Positions 14,482-27,109 of a DNA stretch of 64,000 nucleotides are shown one piece after another; the first letter of the stretch is position 1; each line of letters begins with the position of its first letter. The notes under the pieces were generated by a model. It was not told where the DNA came from. It did no database searches and was given only the letters and a program-made list of their open reading frames with translations. The stretch spans positions 97,950,748-98,014,747 of the forward strand of contig NC_083407.1 of assembly GCF_020745735.1 (NCBI RefSeq). The letters run 5' to 3'. The translations under genes were made by a program, and so were the position numbers. Origin of the DNA: Hemiscyllium ocellatum (lineage: Eukaryota).

Positions 14482-14770
14482 TCATTAACAGGTATCACTA
14501 GAGGAGGACATGCCCTCGCTGTGACCTTAGGATGTATGACAGATTGATAATGGCACAGAAGGACCCCATTTGGCCTGTCTGTCTGTAATGCCTCTCAGAA
14601 GAAGCAATTCTTTTAGTAGCTTTGCACATTCTTTCTTTTTCAGACAACAATCCAAATCCCTCTTAAAAGCTTTGATTGAACTTGCCTCCATCACACTCTC
14701 AGACCTTAACCACTCAATATGTGAAAGGGCATTGCCTCATATTGTTTTTGCCAAACATTTTAAATCCATG

Positions 14771-14973
14771 TAGAAAGTGAGGACTGCAGATGCTGGATAA
14801 CAGGGTCGAGAGTGTGGTGTTGGAAAAGCGCATGAGGTCAGGCAGCATCCAAGGAGCAGGAGAATCGACATTTCAGGCATAGTTTCTGATGAAGGACTTA
14901 TGCCCGAAATGTTGATTCTCCTGCTCCTCGGATGCTGCCTCAGCAGTTTGCTTTTCCAGCACCACAATTTCGA
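14771..14973. mobile_element. Fold-back Penelope-derived mini-element with degenerate hammerhead
   Basis: Inverted arms at about 14806-14881 and 14897-14973, plus a 35-nt unpaired tail at 14771-14805. Flanked by ATTTTAAA(T/C)CCATG at 14757-14770 and 14973-14986. CTGATGA..GAAA core at 14886-14909. Confidence 0.8.
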
Positions 14974-14986
14974 TTTTAAACCCATG

Positions 14987-15182
14987 GAGAAACTCAGCAG
15001 GTCTGGCAGTATTTGTGGAGAGAGAAGGCAGGGTAGATGTTTCCAATTCCTTGGCCCTTCTTGAAACTGGACCCAAAATGTTAATTCTGCTTTCTCTGTC
15101 TGCAGATGCTGCCAGACTTGCTAAGTATCTCCAGCAACTTCTGATTTTGTTTCAATTTTCCAAAATCCACATTTTTTAAACC
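14987..15182. mobile_element. Older fold-back mini-element (second family)
   Basis: CAGCAGGTCTGGCAG..GGAGAG is inverted against CTCTG..CTGCCAGACTTGCT, with the tail on the right. Followed by TTTAAATCCATG at 15183-15194. Confidence 0.65.
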
Positions 15183-15579
15183 TTTAAATCCATGTCTTCT
15201 CTTTTATGCTGCTTTCACGAATGGGAAATATTTCTCCCTGTTTACTCTCTCTAGACCCTCATGATTTTGATATCTCTATCAAATTTGCTCTCAGCCCTTA
15301 CTTCTGAAAAACAATCCTGACTTCTCAAATCAATCTTCATAACTGAAACTGCAAAGCATGTTTTAGCCCATGACACATTCCTGAAGTGCTGCAAGATCCC
15401 ACAAACAGCAGTAAAGTAAGGATCAGACAATCTGCTTTATTTAATTATGTTGACAGCGCAAATATTAGATTGAATACTGGGAAGCACTCCCTTGAATAAT
15501 ACAATGGAATGAGATGTCAAATTAAGTCCCTTTCTGACTTTTGGATGAATGTGAAAGATAATATTTTAAAGAAAATCAG

Positions 15580-15800
15580 GGGAATGCTTGATGTCCTGAC
15601 CAATATTTATCCTCAATCAACTTCTCAAAAAAAGACTATTTCCTTATTCTCACATTTGGTTTGTGGGAATTTGCTATGCACAAGAGGTTGCCTTGTTTCC
15701 TACATTACAGCAAGAAGTACTCTTCAAAACAACTACTGGTTGTAAAGTACTTTGTGACATCCCAAAGTTATGAAAGGCAATACTCAAATGAAAGTTTTTA
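15580..15800 (+). mobile_element. Ancient Deu-domain-like SINE remnant
   Basis: TTTGTGGGA.TTTGCT..GCACAA..TTTCCTACATTACA..TGTAAAG..GAAAGGC pattern. Similar pieces at about 21800-21980 and 54240-54410. Confidence 0.5.
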
Positions 15801-17643
15801 ATCATTTGCATCTTCCACAAGGAGAAGATACGGCCTCAGTTACACGTCTCATTCTCACCTTTGACAGTCCAGCCCTCCATCAGTAATGCACTGGTGTGGC
15901 ACTCTGAAATATGCAGTCAAACTGCAGAAAATCTTGAACCTATTACCTCTGACTCAGAGCTGAGGAAGTTACTGCCCAAGCCATGTTTATACTAAGTTGT
16001 ACAAAATCTCAAAATCACTCATAAAACTTGCCAGAGATGTGGATAATTCATATTATAGCTCTTAAAAAAAAAGTGTTTCATAGGGATATTATAAAACATA
16101 TTATGACATTCTACAAGATGATATTAGATCAAATGACTGCTGCTTTGTAGAAGGAATTGTTTTTTAAAGAATGTCACAAAGATCAAAAGTGAGATGGAAA
16201 GGCTTAGAACCCAGGCAACTGAAAGCAGAGTGATCAATGATACAGTGATTATATTGTGAATGCTCAACAGGCCAGAATTAGAGGAGTGCAGAGATCTCTG
16301 TGGGTTTTAAAGATAGAAGAGATTACGGACATACGTTTGGAAGAGCCTGTGGGGGGAATTGAAATCCAGATTTTAACAGGAAGATGTTTAACTGGGAGAC
16401 ACTGTAGATAGCATGTTCAGGGATTAAAGGGGAAAGGGACTTGATGTCAGTAAGATAGGTTGAACTTTACAGATGGCCTGAAGTTTCTAGAGAGTAGACG
16501 GTGGGGACCAGTCAGACATAGTCAAATCTGAAGTTAACGAAAGCATGGTTAGGCTTTCAGTAACAGTTGATATGAGGGAGAGACAAAGATTGGCAGGGTT
16601 ATGCAAGTGAGAAAAATGGTGGTCTTGGCAATGCAATGAAAATGTAATTAAAAATTGATCTTGGGACCAAACTGTTTGTTTCAGCCTCAGGAGTGGAGTT
16701 AAATCAGAGGTGAGGGAGAAGAGTGCCGAGGACTAATGATGTTAGATTTGGTAATTATAATATTGAACTAGACAGAATTTCATCCAGTACTGGATACTGG
16801 ACAGGCAGTCTGGTAAAATAGATACAATGGAGGAATCCAAAGACATGGTTGCTGAGGTAGTGCTGGTTATCATTACCTTGTATGGGGAATTTGATGATTT
16901 CAAGGGTTATGGAGATAAGGCAGGAAGCGGATACTGATTAGGAATGATCAGCCATGATCATATTGAATGGCGGTGCAGGCTCGAAGGGCTGAATGGCCTA
17001 CTCCTGCACCTATTGTCTATTTTTGGACAATATTGTCAAGGGCAGCATGTAAATGGAGGAAACCAAGAACTGATTCTAGGGGTCACCTCAGATAATGATG
17101 CAGGAGCAGGAAGAGAAACCATTGCTGATGATAGTGTGGCTACACTTAGCTTTTTTGAGGAGAAGGCAAATTTAAAGGAGAGAGGTACAACATGTAAAAA
17201 GAGATAACTGTTAACAGTATTAACTAATGTGCAGGTTAGGAGTGTAAGTTGAATGCTCAACAGCCTAGTTAGAACATGATCAAAGGAATGGGACATGGGT
17301 CTCATGGACAAGATGAACTCAGAGATGGTTTGAGGAGAGACAGTAGAAAAATTCGAGAAGGAATCAAGTTTTGGCTTATGATATGGGAGTCCTTGCTAGA
17401 AATGTATCTTGAAGGGCTGTGGAAAGGATGGAAGTGAAAGAGGTGAGAGTAGAATGAATGGGAACTGGAGTTTTAAGAAGATGGTTTGCAGTAAAAAAAA
17501 CGACAGGAGTTGTGTTTGCATTCAAGGATATCCTGAAGAAATGAATACTGTATTGTATTTGACAAAAGCAGAATATGATGGAGCTTTAAGTGACCTAGTC
17601 AGATCAGGCAACAAATGGCTATCCCAGATGTCCACCATCTGTG

Positions 17644-17919
17644 GGTGGCACAATGTTAGCATCGCTGCCTCACAGCGCCACAGGCGACTGACTGTGTGGA
17701 GTTTGCACATTCTCCCTGTGTCTGCATGGGTTTCCTCCGGGTGCTCTGGTTTCCTCCCACAGTCCAAAGATGTGTGGGTCAGGTGAATTGGCCATGCTAA
17801 ATTGCCCATAGTGTAAGGTAAGGGGTAAATGTTAGGGTATGGGTGGGTTGCGCTTCGGCGGGTTGGTGTGGACTTGTTGGGCCGAAGGGCCTGTTTCCAC
17901 ACTGTAAGTAATCTAATCC
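17644..17919 (+). mobile_element. tRNA-derived SINE (HE1-like), internally deleted head
   Basis: Near-identical body and tail to the 14169-14481 copy. Confidence 0.88.
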
Positions 17920-18653
17920 TATCAAGTATGTGGTCCTTTGACTTAAGGGAGTGGAGGTGAGGGCCATACTGAGAAAGCAGCAAACAGCCAGTATGTTATG
18001 AATTTATTTTGGGTAACTAGGACATCACGTGTGGAAGAGAGCACAGTTGAGCAAATCAATTGCTACAGAAATCTGATCAATGGAGGGTCAAAGGATAGAA
18101 AGTTGGGAATTTGAGAGTACAGCTCTAAGTAAAATTGGGAGATTGATTGGACCAGGAATGGATATAGAAGGAAGTAGAGTTGGGATGGTGAGGCAGAATA
18201 TGGGTATTAAGTGATACAAAAAGTTAATCAATGTGACTTACATTATAGGTGTAGTGTTGGAAGAAACAAATAATAAATATTGTGTTGGAGGGCATAATGC
18301 AGAAGATACAGTTAATGAAGGGTAAAAGGGCAGTGAATTCATTAGAGAGAAAGTGTTGAATTGAGATGGAGATTAAAATCACTGAGGATGAGAAGCTGTC
18401 TAGAGCAAAGGTTGAGGAAGGAAAGCAGTTGAGACATCTCAGTGAGACATTGGTGTAGAACTTGGGAGGATGATTGAGAAGCAGTATTTAATATGAGAAG
18501 AGAGGCATAGAACAAAATAAAAACCTAAGGGTCAGAGGAGTAGGGAGTTAGACCAGGGGTTGAGTGAGACATAATATGAAGAACATAGTCAGGCAGGGAG
18601 CCTATGTTATTGGGAATTGTGTCGTCTCCCCTCAGTCAGGTTTCTATTGGTGG

Positions 18654-18855
18654 AAAATTGCTAGAAGAACTCAGCAGGTCTGGCAGGATCTGTGCTGAGA
18701 AAGTAGAATTAATGTTTCAGGTCCAGCGACTCTTCTTCAGAACTCTTCAGTTAACAACACTTTGTCTCCACAGATGCTGCCAGATCTGCAGTGATTTTTG
18801 AGAAAATTCTGATTTGGTTTCTGATTTCCAGCATCTGCAGTTCTTTGGGTTTTTG
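18654..18855. mobile_element. Fold-back mini-element with minus-strand hammerhead remnant
   Basis: CAGGTCTGGCAGGATCTGTG is inverted against CACAGATGCTGCCAGATCTG. Minus strand of about 18708-18743 reads TT-CTGAAGA-A-GAGTC.GCTG.GACCT-GAAA-CATT. Confidence 0.65.
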
Positions 18856-19934
18856 GTTTGGTTCCATTAGGGCCATGATTTCTATGTAATCATTCATAAT
18901 AAGTTCATGGTTGGAAAGGGCTTTGTTCACAAGTAAATAAATAATGTTGCAGAGAGATGTAGAGGAGATGTGTGCTGATCCACTGGTAGAATCTAAAGGA
19001 TTAGCAGCAGGAGATATGAGTGTGACAGGTCAAAATTGGCAAGGTTAGTCCCCAGTGGGCACACAACACAGAAACATCAGCAAGAATAGGATGGGGTGGT
19101 TCAATTTGCTGTTTATGAGGAGGGAACAGTGGATGCCTTAATGGCCCATGTGGGGAATTCTACCAAAGACCCAGAAAGAACTGTAGACTGACCTATCAGG
19201 GAGTTAAGCCTGTGGCAGCAGCAGAAGAGTAGGAAAGTTCAGAAATACTGGACAGTTGGGGTAGAGATTCAAAAGGACAGAGTATCTGAGAGGCTAAGGT
19301 CATCATAACAATGAAAGGGAGTGATTGAGGAGGGGCAGACAAAAAAAACGAAGGAGAAAGGTAGTAGAAGTTCAATTGAAGTGATACTATTAGGTCAGGA
19401 GCAACAGCCAAAGACTGCACAAGAATGGATGAAGGGAAGCCTGAGTTAAATGACAGAATATTTAGTATTAATTAGGATACTTATAATAGTACTTAAAAGG
19501 GAATATAGGGGAACAATAGGAGATAGTTCAGAGTTAAAGTCAGAATCCCATGTTAAAATTGTAGCTGGAGCACTGATGAATGAGTGTCCACATTCAGAGA
19601 TAGGTATTGCAGGTAAGTGAAGGCCAGGCATTATTCCAAAGGGAGACCATCACACTGGATTCCCACTGGATGAATATCAAGGTCAGGATTGGGGGAGGGG
19701 GGGGGCACAAGAGCAGAATAGATGACAGAACAAAAGATGATGATCCCTGGTGGTATGAAAGAACTGGCACCCGTGGATATATTTAGAACTTTCTTTATAC
19801 ATTCTGTGACGTGGACATTGCTGCTTAGGCTACCATTTGTTGTCCATCACTAATTGCCCTTGCAAACATGGTATTGAAGCATGTTCTTGTGTTGCTCAGG
19901 AGGGAGTTCCAGTAACAGTAAAGAAACAACAATA

Positions 19935-20095
19935 CTGAGTTGAGTGTGGTGCTGAAAAAACACAGCAGGTCAGCCAGCATTTGAGGAGCAGGAGAATTGA
20001 GACTTTGGGCATAAGCCCTTCATCAGGAATGAGGCCTCTGACGCTCCAAAATCTTCAGTCCTCACTTTCTCCTAGTTGATTATGACCTTACTACG
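19935..20095. mobile_element. Penelope-derived mini-element, rearranged
   Basis: Same GGGCATAAGCCCTTCATCAGGAATGA core as at 49.4 kb, with the tail in the opposite orientation. AACAACAATA on both flanks. Confidence 0.65.
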
Positions 20096-20463
20096 GAACA
20101 ACAATATACTTCCTAATCAGGCTCAAGAGTGGCTTGGAGGGGAACTTGCAACATGTGGTGTTCCCATGTATTTGCTGCCCTTATCCATCTATATGGAAGA
20201 GGCCATGGATTTCAAAGCAGCATTGGTGAACTGCTGAAGTGCATCTTGTCAATCATACACACTGTTGCTACTGTGCACCCATGGAGGAACTGAATATCTG
20301 TGGATGTGGTGCCAATCAAGTGAGCTGCTTTGTCCTGGGTGGTCTCAAATCTTTTGCGTTTTGTTGGAGCTGGATGTGGGGAATATTCCATCACCATTCT
20401 GAGTTGTTTCTTGATGGTGGTGCACAGGCTTTGGACACTGAGGTGAATTACCTTCTGCAGCAT

Positions 20464-20586
20464 GGCGGAATGGGTGCTGCAGATGCTTGGAGATTAGAGC
20501 GGTGCTGGAAAAGCACAGCAGGTCAGGCAGCATCCGAGGAGCAGGAAAATCGACGTTTCGGGCAGAAGCCCTTCATCAGGAAAGGG
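20464..20586 (-). mobile_element. Penelope-derived mini-element with hammerhead core
   Basis: Minus strand of 20548-20583 reads TTC-CTGATGA-A-GGGC-TTCT-GCCC-GAAA-C-GTC-GAT. Flanked by CTGCAGCAT at 20455-20463 and 20587-20595. Confidence 0.75.
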
Positions 20587-20639
20587 CTGCAGCATCCCTA
20601 ACCTCCGACCTGCATTTTGTAGGCACGATATTAATGTGG

Positions 20640-20698
20640 AGAAAGTGAGATCTGCAGATGCTGGAGATCAGAGCTGAAAATGTGTTGCTGGAAAAGCA
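20640..20698 (-). mobile_element. Ultra-short (59 bp) 3'-end copy of the same Penelope-derived family
   Basis: Matches about 49308-49365. Perfect 12-bp TSD ATATTAATGTGG at 20628-20639 and 20699-20710. Confidence 0.85.
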
Positions 20699-20914
20699 AT
20701 ATTAATGTGGCCAATCCCACTCCCTGTCATGATGAGAATTCCTTGACCCATTCCCACTTATACTGATGATCCCCATTCTTTATCCACCTCCTCATTCCTG
20801 TTGCTCTCACCCTATTCCCGTTCACCACTCGTGTCTTCCTCGCCCCCAGCCCCTACGTTAACCCAGCCACCACAGTCAACCTGTCCAGGTCTGCAATCCC
20901 TCCCTCTCGTCTCT

Positions 20915-21055
20915 GATCCGATTCGACTGAGTGCGCAGGCGCGAAGGCGGGACGCTCACCCGGCGGAGGTGGGCGGGGCGTGTGCGTGTGTGCGGCGCTT
21001 CCGGCTCACTCGGTGCGTCGTTGTTTCCGGGTCAGCTGGAGGGCGCGCTCTGACC
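20915..21055 (+). promoter_or_regulatory. NDUFB3 CpG promoter with NRF1, Sp1 and ETS/GABP motifs
   Basis: TGCGCAGGCGCG at 20932-20943, GGGCGGGGC at 20971-20979, CTTCCGG at 20998-21004 and TTTCCGG at 21024-21030. This is the typical combination for nuclear-encoded OXPHOS genes. Confidence 0.8.
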
Positions 21056-21168
21056 ATGGGGACGGGCCCGGAGCTGGCGGACACCCGGAGCTGGAAGGTC
21101 GAGGGGACCCCGCTCGAGCTGGTGCAGGAGAGGTTGCGGAGACGGGGCCTGAGCGACCCGTGGGCCCG
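21056..21168 (+). CDS. NDUFB3: NADH:ubiquinone oxidoreductase subunit B3, coding exon 1
   Basis: accATGg Kozak context. Encodes [38 protein letters not shown]. Phase-2 donor CG|GTGGGT. Confidence 0.95.
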
Positions 21169-22184
21169 GTGGGTGAAGTGGGGCATGGGGCTGTTGGGAT
21201 TGAAAGCCCATAAATGGTGCTGGAAGCTTAAAACAAAATGGCCTGACACCAGGTTATAGGTTTATTTGAAAGTACTATATTTGATGGTGCAGTGGTAGCC
21301 GTGACTGACAATTATTGTTAAGATTCATGCTGGTTCACCCAGGTCCCTTCAGGGGAAGAAACCTTCCATCCCTGACCCCTCACCCCTCATATTCCAGCTG
21401 TGTCCAACCTGCCCTCCGAGACAAAAAAAACACTGCAGATGCTGGAATCCAAGGCAGACGAGCAGGAGGCTGGAAGAACGCAGTGAGCCAGGCAGCACCA
21501 GGAGTTGGAGAAGCCAATGTGTAACCCTTCTTTAGAAACAGCTTCACAGGCACCATGTCCTGCTGGCCTTGCCTCCCGTGAGAATAATCTGCCCCCACCC
21601 CGACCCTGACTTGGCTCACTGGGCCAGCACTTTCACCCCTGAATCAGAGGAAAGAAAAAAAGTCCTTGCAACTCCCTATTTCCAATCTCAATGTCCACTG
21701 CACTGTCTTCCAGATGTGGTGTTAGGCTGAAGCCTTATTTGTCTCGTTGTAAGAATATAAAATACTGTATCCCCCAAGGCACTATTTTAAAAGAGACCAA
21801 TCCACCATGTCTTGGCCAATGTTTAGCCCTCAACAATCATTGAGAAAAATAAGATTCTGATTGTTTAATTGCTGTAGTGGGTTTTTTTGTTGTGTACTAT
21901 CTGGCAGTCATGTGTACGTTATAACAGGAGCTATAATTCAAATTTATTTCATTGGCTGTGAAGTGTTTTGGCACTGCCTGAACTGCTCTGTGCCAGTGTT
22001 TATATTTTATCCAAGTGTCCTCCCACACAATGTTATTCTAACCCCATTATCTGTTTTTCCATTCCTTTCTTGTGCTTATCTAGCTTCTCCTTAAATACCT
22101 CATCCTTTCCCTTTGATACCGGGTTCCACATTCTTGCCATTCTCTTGGTAAAGATGTTACTCATATTCTCTTTTGGATTGATTA

Positions 22185-22765
22185 GTGGGGTGGCTCCAGT
22201 CAGAGGTCCTCTGCTTTCCAGTTCCTTTTCATTTTTTTTCTCATCCTTATAGCTTTCTTTTCTCTCCAGCACTGCTCCCCCTCACCCCCTGCAAATTTTT
22301 CACTACCCTGCCTTACCCTACCTGGAGAGTGGAGTCAAGCGAGATGGGTCATGGTCAGAACCCAGGATGGAGCAGAGCACATAGGCTGAGACAATTGGCA
22401 GCAGAGTGAGCACGTGTCAAGTCCTGCGGCAGAGCAAGTGGGCTGATTCCTGGAGGGATGGTGGAGCAGGCTGTAGCTAGAGTGGCAGCAGAATGGGCAC
22501 GGCCCAGGCCAGTCCTGCAGGGAGGCTGGCACGTGGAGGTAGCGTGGCCGCTTGTTCTGGGGCCAGCTGGCACAGACTCATGTTGGAGAGGAACTGGAGC
22601 TTAAGTACTTTATGATCACTTTCTATTATCATTCTGGACTTTTATAGCTCTGTTCCCATGCTCGCCTTTTTTTAAAAAAATTCTAACAATACTTCAAGTA
22701 TATGTACTTTGTACCTAAGATGATGTTGAGAGGCAACTTTACAAACTTTTCACTGCACTCATTCT
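22185..22765 (+). mobile_element. Unclassified non-coding interspersed repeat
   Basis: Its 3' end TTTGTACCTA..AGATG..AAACTTTTCACTG is shared with the minus-strand element at 34650-35346. Confidence 0.5.
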
Positions 22766-25700
22766 ATTCTATTCTTCTCTTCTCACTTCTTAGTTTGGGT
22801 CTTCTCTACAGCTAATCAATTAAAATCTTAAAAACATCTTACTTTGATTTTTACTAGTGGTTATTACCCCCTTTTTGGTAGAATCTTGCAAATCCTTTTT
22901 TCAGACTCTCCAGTGCGTCTATGCCCTTGTAACGTGGAGAGCAGGAATCTGCACAGTGGCTTTGTGTAATCTGGTTGAGGTTCCAATGAAGTTTAGCATA
23001 CGTTCTCTGCTTTTCAATCTTTTTTGGATTCTTTCACAGGATTTGGATATTGTCCATCTTTAATTGCCCTGGCAGATGGTGGTAGAGAATATCCTTGCTG
23101 CAATACTTGGGATGTAGATGCATTCTTAATGCTGTAAGGACCAGAGGTTTGGGATTTTGACCCAGTGACAGTGAAGGAATGGCAATATATTGCAAGTCAG
23201 AATGATGAGTGACTTGCTGATGGTGGTGTTCCTGTGAGTCTGCTGCTCTTGTCCCTTTAGATGGTAGAGGTTGTGGATTTGAAAAATGTCAAGAGAATCT
23301 TGGTGAGTTGCTGCAGTGCTGCTGCTGTGCTTTGGTAGTGGAGAGTATAAATGGATATTGTGGGTGGTGCCAACCTGGGGTTCTTTTATTCTGTCAGGTG
23401 TTCACGTTTCTAGATTATGATTGACTATAATAATATTGAACTTCTATTTGGAAAATTTTCAGTCAGTCAGGGTGCTGATTACTGAGCTGCTGTGAGCAGT
23501 TGTTGATGTTTCTATTCCTGGCAGGATGTAATGACCAGCTCTGGTTGCTGATTCACTGCTGGCTTGAGAGGACTGAGAATTTCATTTTGCCTCTTGCTAG
23601 GCAAGCTGGTGAATTTCTAACCCATGAATGAATTCACCAGCTCATTCTGGTGTCTCACCCAGGTCAGTCTTGACCAACCATTATCAAGGTTAGTATTGAC
23701 CTCACTCAAATTTTAAGCTTAAAACATGGCATTGCTACAACAGTCATCAGCACATGGAACCCCAAATGATTTTCCCTCTTCGAGCTCAGGCCGTTTGGCC
23801 AGTTTTTCATTCCTAATACCAGCTAACCCAGCAGAGCCCACGGAGAGCTTTGGCTTTGATACTCAGGAGTTCTGTGGGCACAGATGTGGATTTATTATTG
23901 TCTGTCTCCCAGTTGGGAATGAACAGAGAATTATGAAAGCTTGGAAGTTGTCTTTTTAAAAAATAATTTCATGCTGGCAAGGTCAACTTCTGTTGCTCAT
24001 CCCTTATTTCTCTTGAACTGAGGAGCTTGCTAGGCCATTTCAGAGGACAGTGAATTACGATGCCATTGGACTGGAACCAGACCAGAGAAGCACTGCAGAT
24101 TTCCTTCCCTAAAGGACAATGATGAACCAAATGGGCTTTTAGTGACTGTCAGTGATAGTCGTTACAATTACTAGTCCAATGACATTAAACTACACCCAGG
24201 ATGTGAAAGTATTACAATCTAAGATCAGAAAAGACAGAAGCCATCCTAGCTAACTCGTTAAATGTTTGAGATAAAATCACTCCAGTAGTGGTGACTCCTA
24301 GAACAGATTCCTGTCAGATTAGTGGTGTTATTGGCAGAGCCAGGTCTCTGCAAATCCAGCTATTTGATAATCACTTTGCTAATCATGCCCTGGGTGTTGG
24401 AACCTGTGACCATAACAAAGTGGCTTATGTTGCTGCTGTCCCTGACTGTTCACAAACCACTTTGGCCCTGAAGTTAGAAAGCAGGATCGATGTAGAGTTA
24501 GGACATGAGTGAGCAAGCAGGAAGTTAGTACTTTGTGTAGCATAAACTAAATGCTGTAGACAGGATTGCTGAGACTTCATGTGAATTCAGCACAGGCAGG
24601 AGATGCAGAGCAGATTCACAATGATACTGGCACAATCTGAGGGCTAGTTTTGTAAACGTGGATTGTGTTCCTTTGAATTTACACTTTGACAAGTGATCTA
24701 ATTTGGTTCAAAATGTTAAAAGGATGTTCTTAGGTTCTCTACCTGAAGGCAGATTTGACCCACAAAGTCACCATCTCCGCCATGAGTGGAGGAAGGAGGC
24801 AGGTCCTGAATTCGCCCCCATCAGAACAGGAATCAAACTCCATTTCACTAGCACTAACAACCATCCGGCTATCTGAGCAAAGTGGAGTCAGTGCAGCTGT
24901 GGCAAGATGCACACTTACATGTTGTAGGCTGGAGCTAATGACAGCCATGGTTGAGGCTCCAATTTCTTTCCATCCCATGACCAACTAGGTTCACCTCCCA
25001 GTCTTACTACCTACCATTGGCATGTGTTGGAAGGATTTGTGGGTTGGTACTCAACGTAACTGGCCACGTTATTGGCTCCCCTTTCTTGACAATCTATTCC
25101 TGGGGTGGGAATACAAACTGGCAGCTTCTGGTTCAGGCAGGGATAAGACTGCTGGGATTCCATGGAGTTGACCAGGCAAAACTGTTCCTCGTGGAAATTG
25201 ACATGAGCGCTCTACTTCATTTAGGAGTGAAACCAGCAAGTATATTATCATAATCACAAAGTATGTAAACCTGGAGCTCATTCCTCAAAAAAAATTAATT
25301 GAAATTGGAGGAGAAAGATTGCTTTTGTGTGTAAAATGATCAAAAGAAAAAAGTTTGTGGAGTTAAGTACAAATTAGGCATGTTCTGATTGAGACAATAG
25401 AATCGCGGTTCCTGCTCCATATATTTTATACAGATCTGTAAATATGACAGCCACCAAGCTGTTCTATTCTATCGCTAATCTCTAACTCCATTCCTCTCCA
25501 ATCTGACTGTGTCTGAACCATTCCATTTGCAATCTTTCTTTCCCCATCCCCTCCTCTCGAACTGCAGAGTCCTCATGATTGTCCCTCTCCCTCCTGCAAC
25601 TTCCAGTGAGGTGGATTGTTGCCAGTTCAGACAAATCTGTCATTTGCCTTTTTTATTGACATTCCTTGCCTTGTGCTGGTTCAAACTCCTGCAATCCCAC

Positions 25701-25851
25701 TCGAATGCCATGTGAGAAATTTGCCTTCAGTTAATACTAGAAACCTGACCATCAGTTGTTCAAAGTACACATGACTGCTTTGTGAACGATGCCAGAATTA
25801 ACAGTTCACATCCAATCTTAAAACCGTTTTCTTTGTTGTCTTTTCTAACAG

Positions 25852-26008
25852 TAATGAAGCCTGGCGGTTCAACGGAGGCTTTCGTAAACCTATCACCTTC
25901 ACCAATGTCTTTTCTCGAGGCATCAAATGGGGATTTGCAGCATTTGTTGTGGCTTTGGGTGTTGAGTATGCACTAGTTTCTCCCAAGAAAAATGGAGGAC
26001 ATCACTAA
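25852..26008 (+). CDS. NDUFB3: NADH:ubiquinone oxidoreductase subunit B3, coding exon 2
   Basis: Acceptor ttttctaacag. Encodes [51 protein letters not shown]. The phase matches exon 1, giving 89 aa. Confidence 0.95.
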
Positions 26009-26114
26009 TGAATGAAGACTGAAGAGCTTTGAAATTATGTAAAGCTCTCTATCTCTCCTTTCCAGTCAGTGAGCTGTAACCAATGTACGAGACAAGAAGC
26101 ACATGTCTTTACAG

Positions 26115-26120
26115 AATAAA
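26115..26120 (+). terminator. NDUFB3 polyadenylation signal
   Basis: AATAAA about 107 nt after the stop, with U/GU-rich sequence downstream. Confidence 0.75.
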
Positions 26121-27109
26121 ATAATTAACTGAATCAGCACTTATGCTCAGTCATGTTCCTTTTGAAGTCTTTTCACCATTGATATCAGCTCCCATCATCT
26201 GTTTTCACCTGGTGACTACCCTATACTTGTTTCGTGTGTTCTTTTTCTCTGGTGCGCACACCTACGAGTTATCTTTGGCCCGTTCCTATTTCTCATTTGC
26301 CTGCTGCTCCTTGGAGACATCATCAAAAGATAATTTAGGTTCCATAATAGGAAGTCTTATCACTTTTTTTCTTGATTTTTCCACTGTGCTGTCAGGCTGC
26401 TTGTTTAATGTCCAGTATTGGATAAGGTACAAGTACTTCCATTGAAACATTGGGAAGCCTTGTGGCCATTGCCTCAAAGTGTCTTTGAATCACAAAATAG
26501 CAAGTAATTACAAAGGCCAATGAAAATATTGGCTTTTATTGCAATGAGGATGGAGTATAACAGTGGGAAAGTTTTGCCCCAGCTGTACATGTATAGTTTT
26601 GGTCTCATTTAAGGAATAATGCTTGCATAGTAGACTGTTCAAAGAATAATTAGTTTGGGGTTGCCTTATGAGAAAGGTTGATTGGGTTGGGCCTGTACTG
26701 TTTGGAGTTAAGAATGAAAAGTGATCTTTTTGAAACATAAGATTCTGAGAGGGTAGATGCTGCAAGGATATTTGTGGAGGGAATCTATAACTGGGGGCAT
26801 AGATTAAAAATAAGGAGTTTCCCATTTATGAGACAGATGAGGAATTTATTTTCTTGGAGGCTGGGTCGTCTTCTCTCCAGAGAGTATCATTCAGGACTCT
26901 GAGTTATTAGTCCAGTAACACAATAAGTTTGCTACTGTGCCTGAAACAAAAGCAGTAAAATTCTGTGCTGGCAGCATCTGTGGGAGAAAGCAGAGTTAAA
27001 GTTTTGATTCTGACCACTCTTCTGAAACAAAAATAGAGATTGGTTCTGATCTCCAGCATCTTTGCATTATGTTACAGTACCTGCTGAGCTCTTTATGTTG
27101 TCTGGAGGT

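Larger units (their letters stand above)
16050..19700 (-). mobile_element. Very degenerate L2-like LINE remnant carrying younger insertions
   Basis: Long purine-rich plus strand typical of antisense L2. No intact ORF. Interrupted by a CR1 tail (about 16900-17020), a SINE and a mini-element. Confidence 0.4.

Noticed and set aside
23604-23642. 12-bp inverted repeat AGCTGGTGAATT/AATTCACCAGCT in the NDUFB3 intron
   Set aside because: Single short hairpin with no RNA-family motifs. It could be a repeat remnant or chance.
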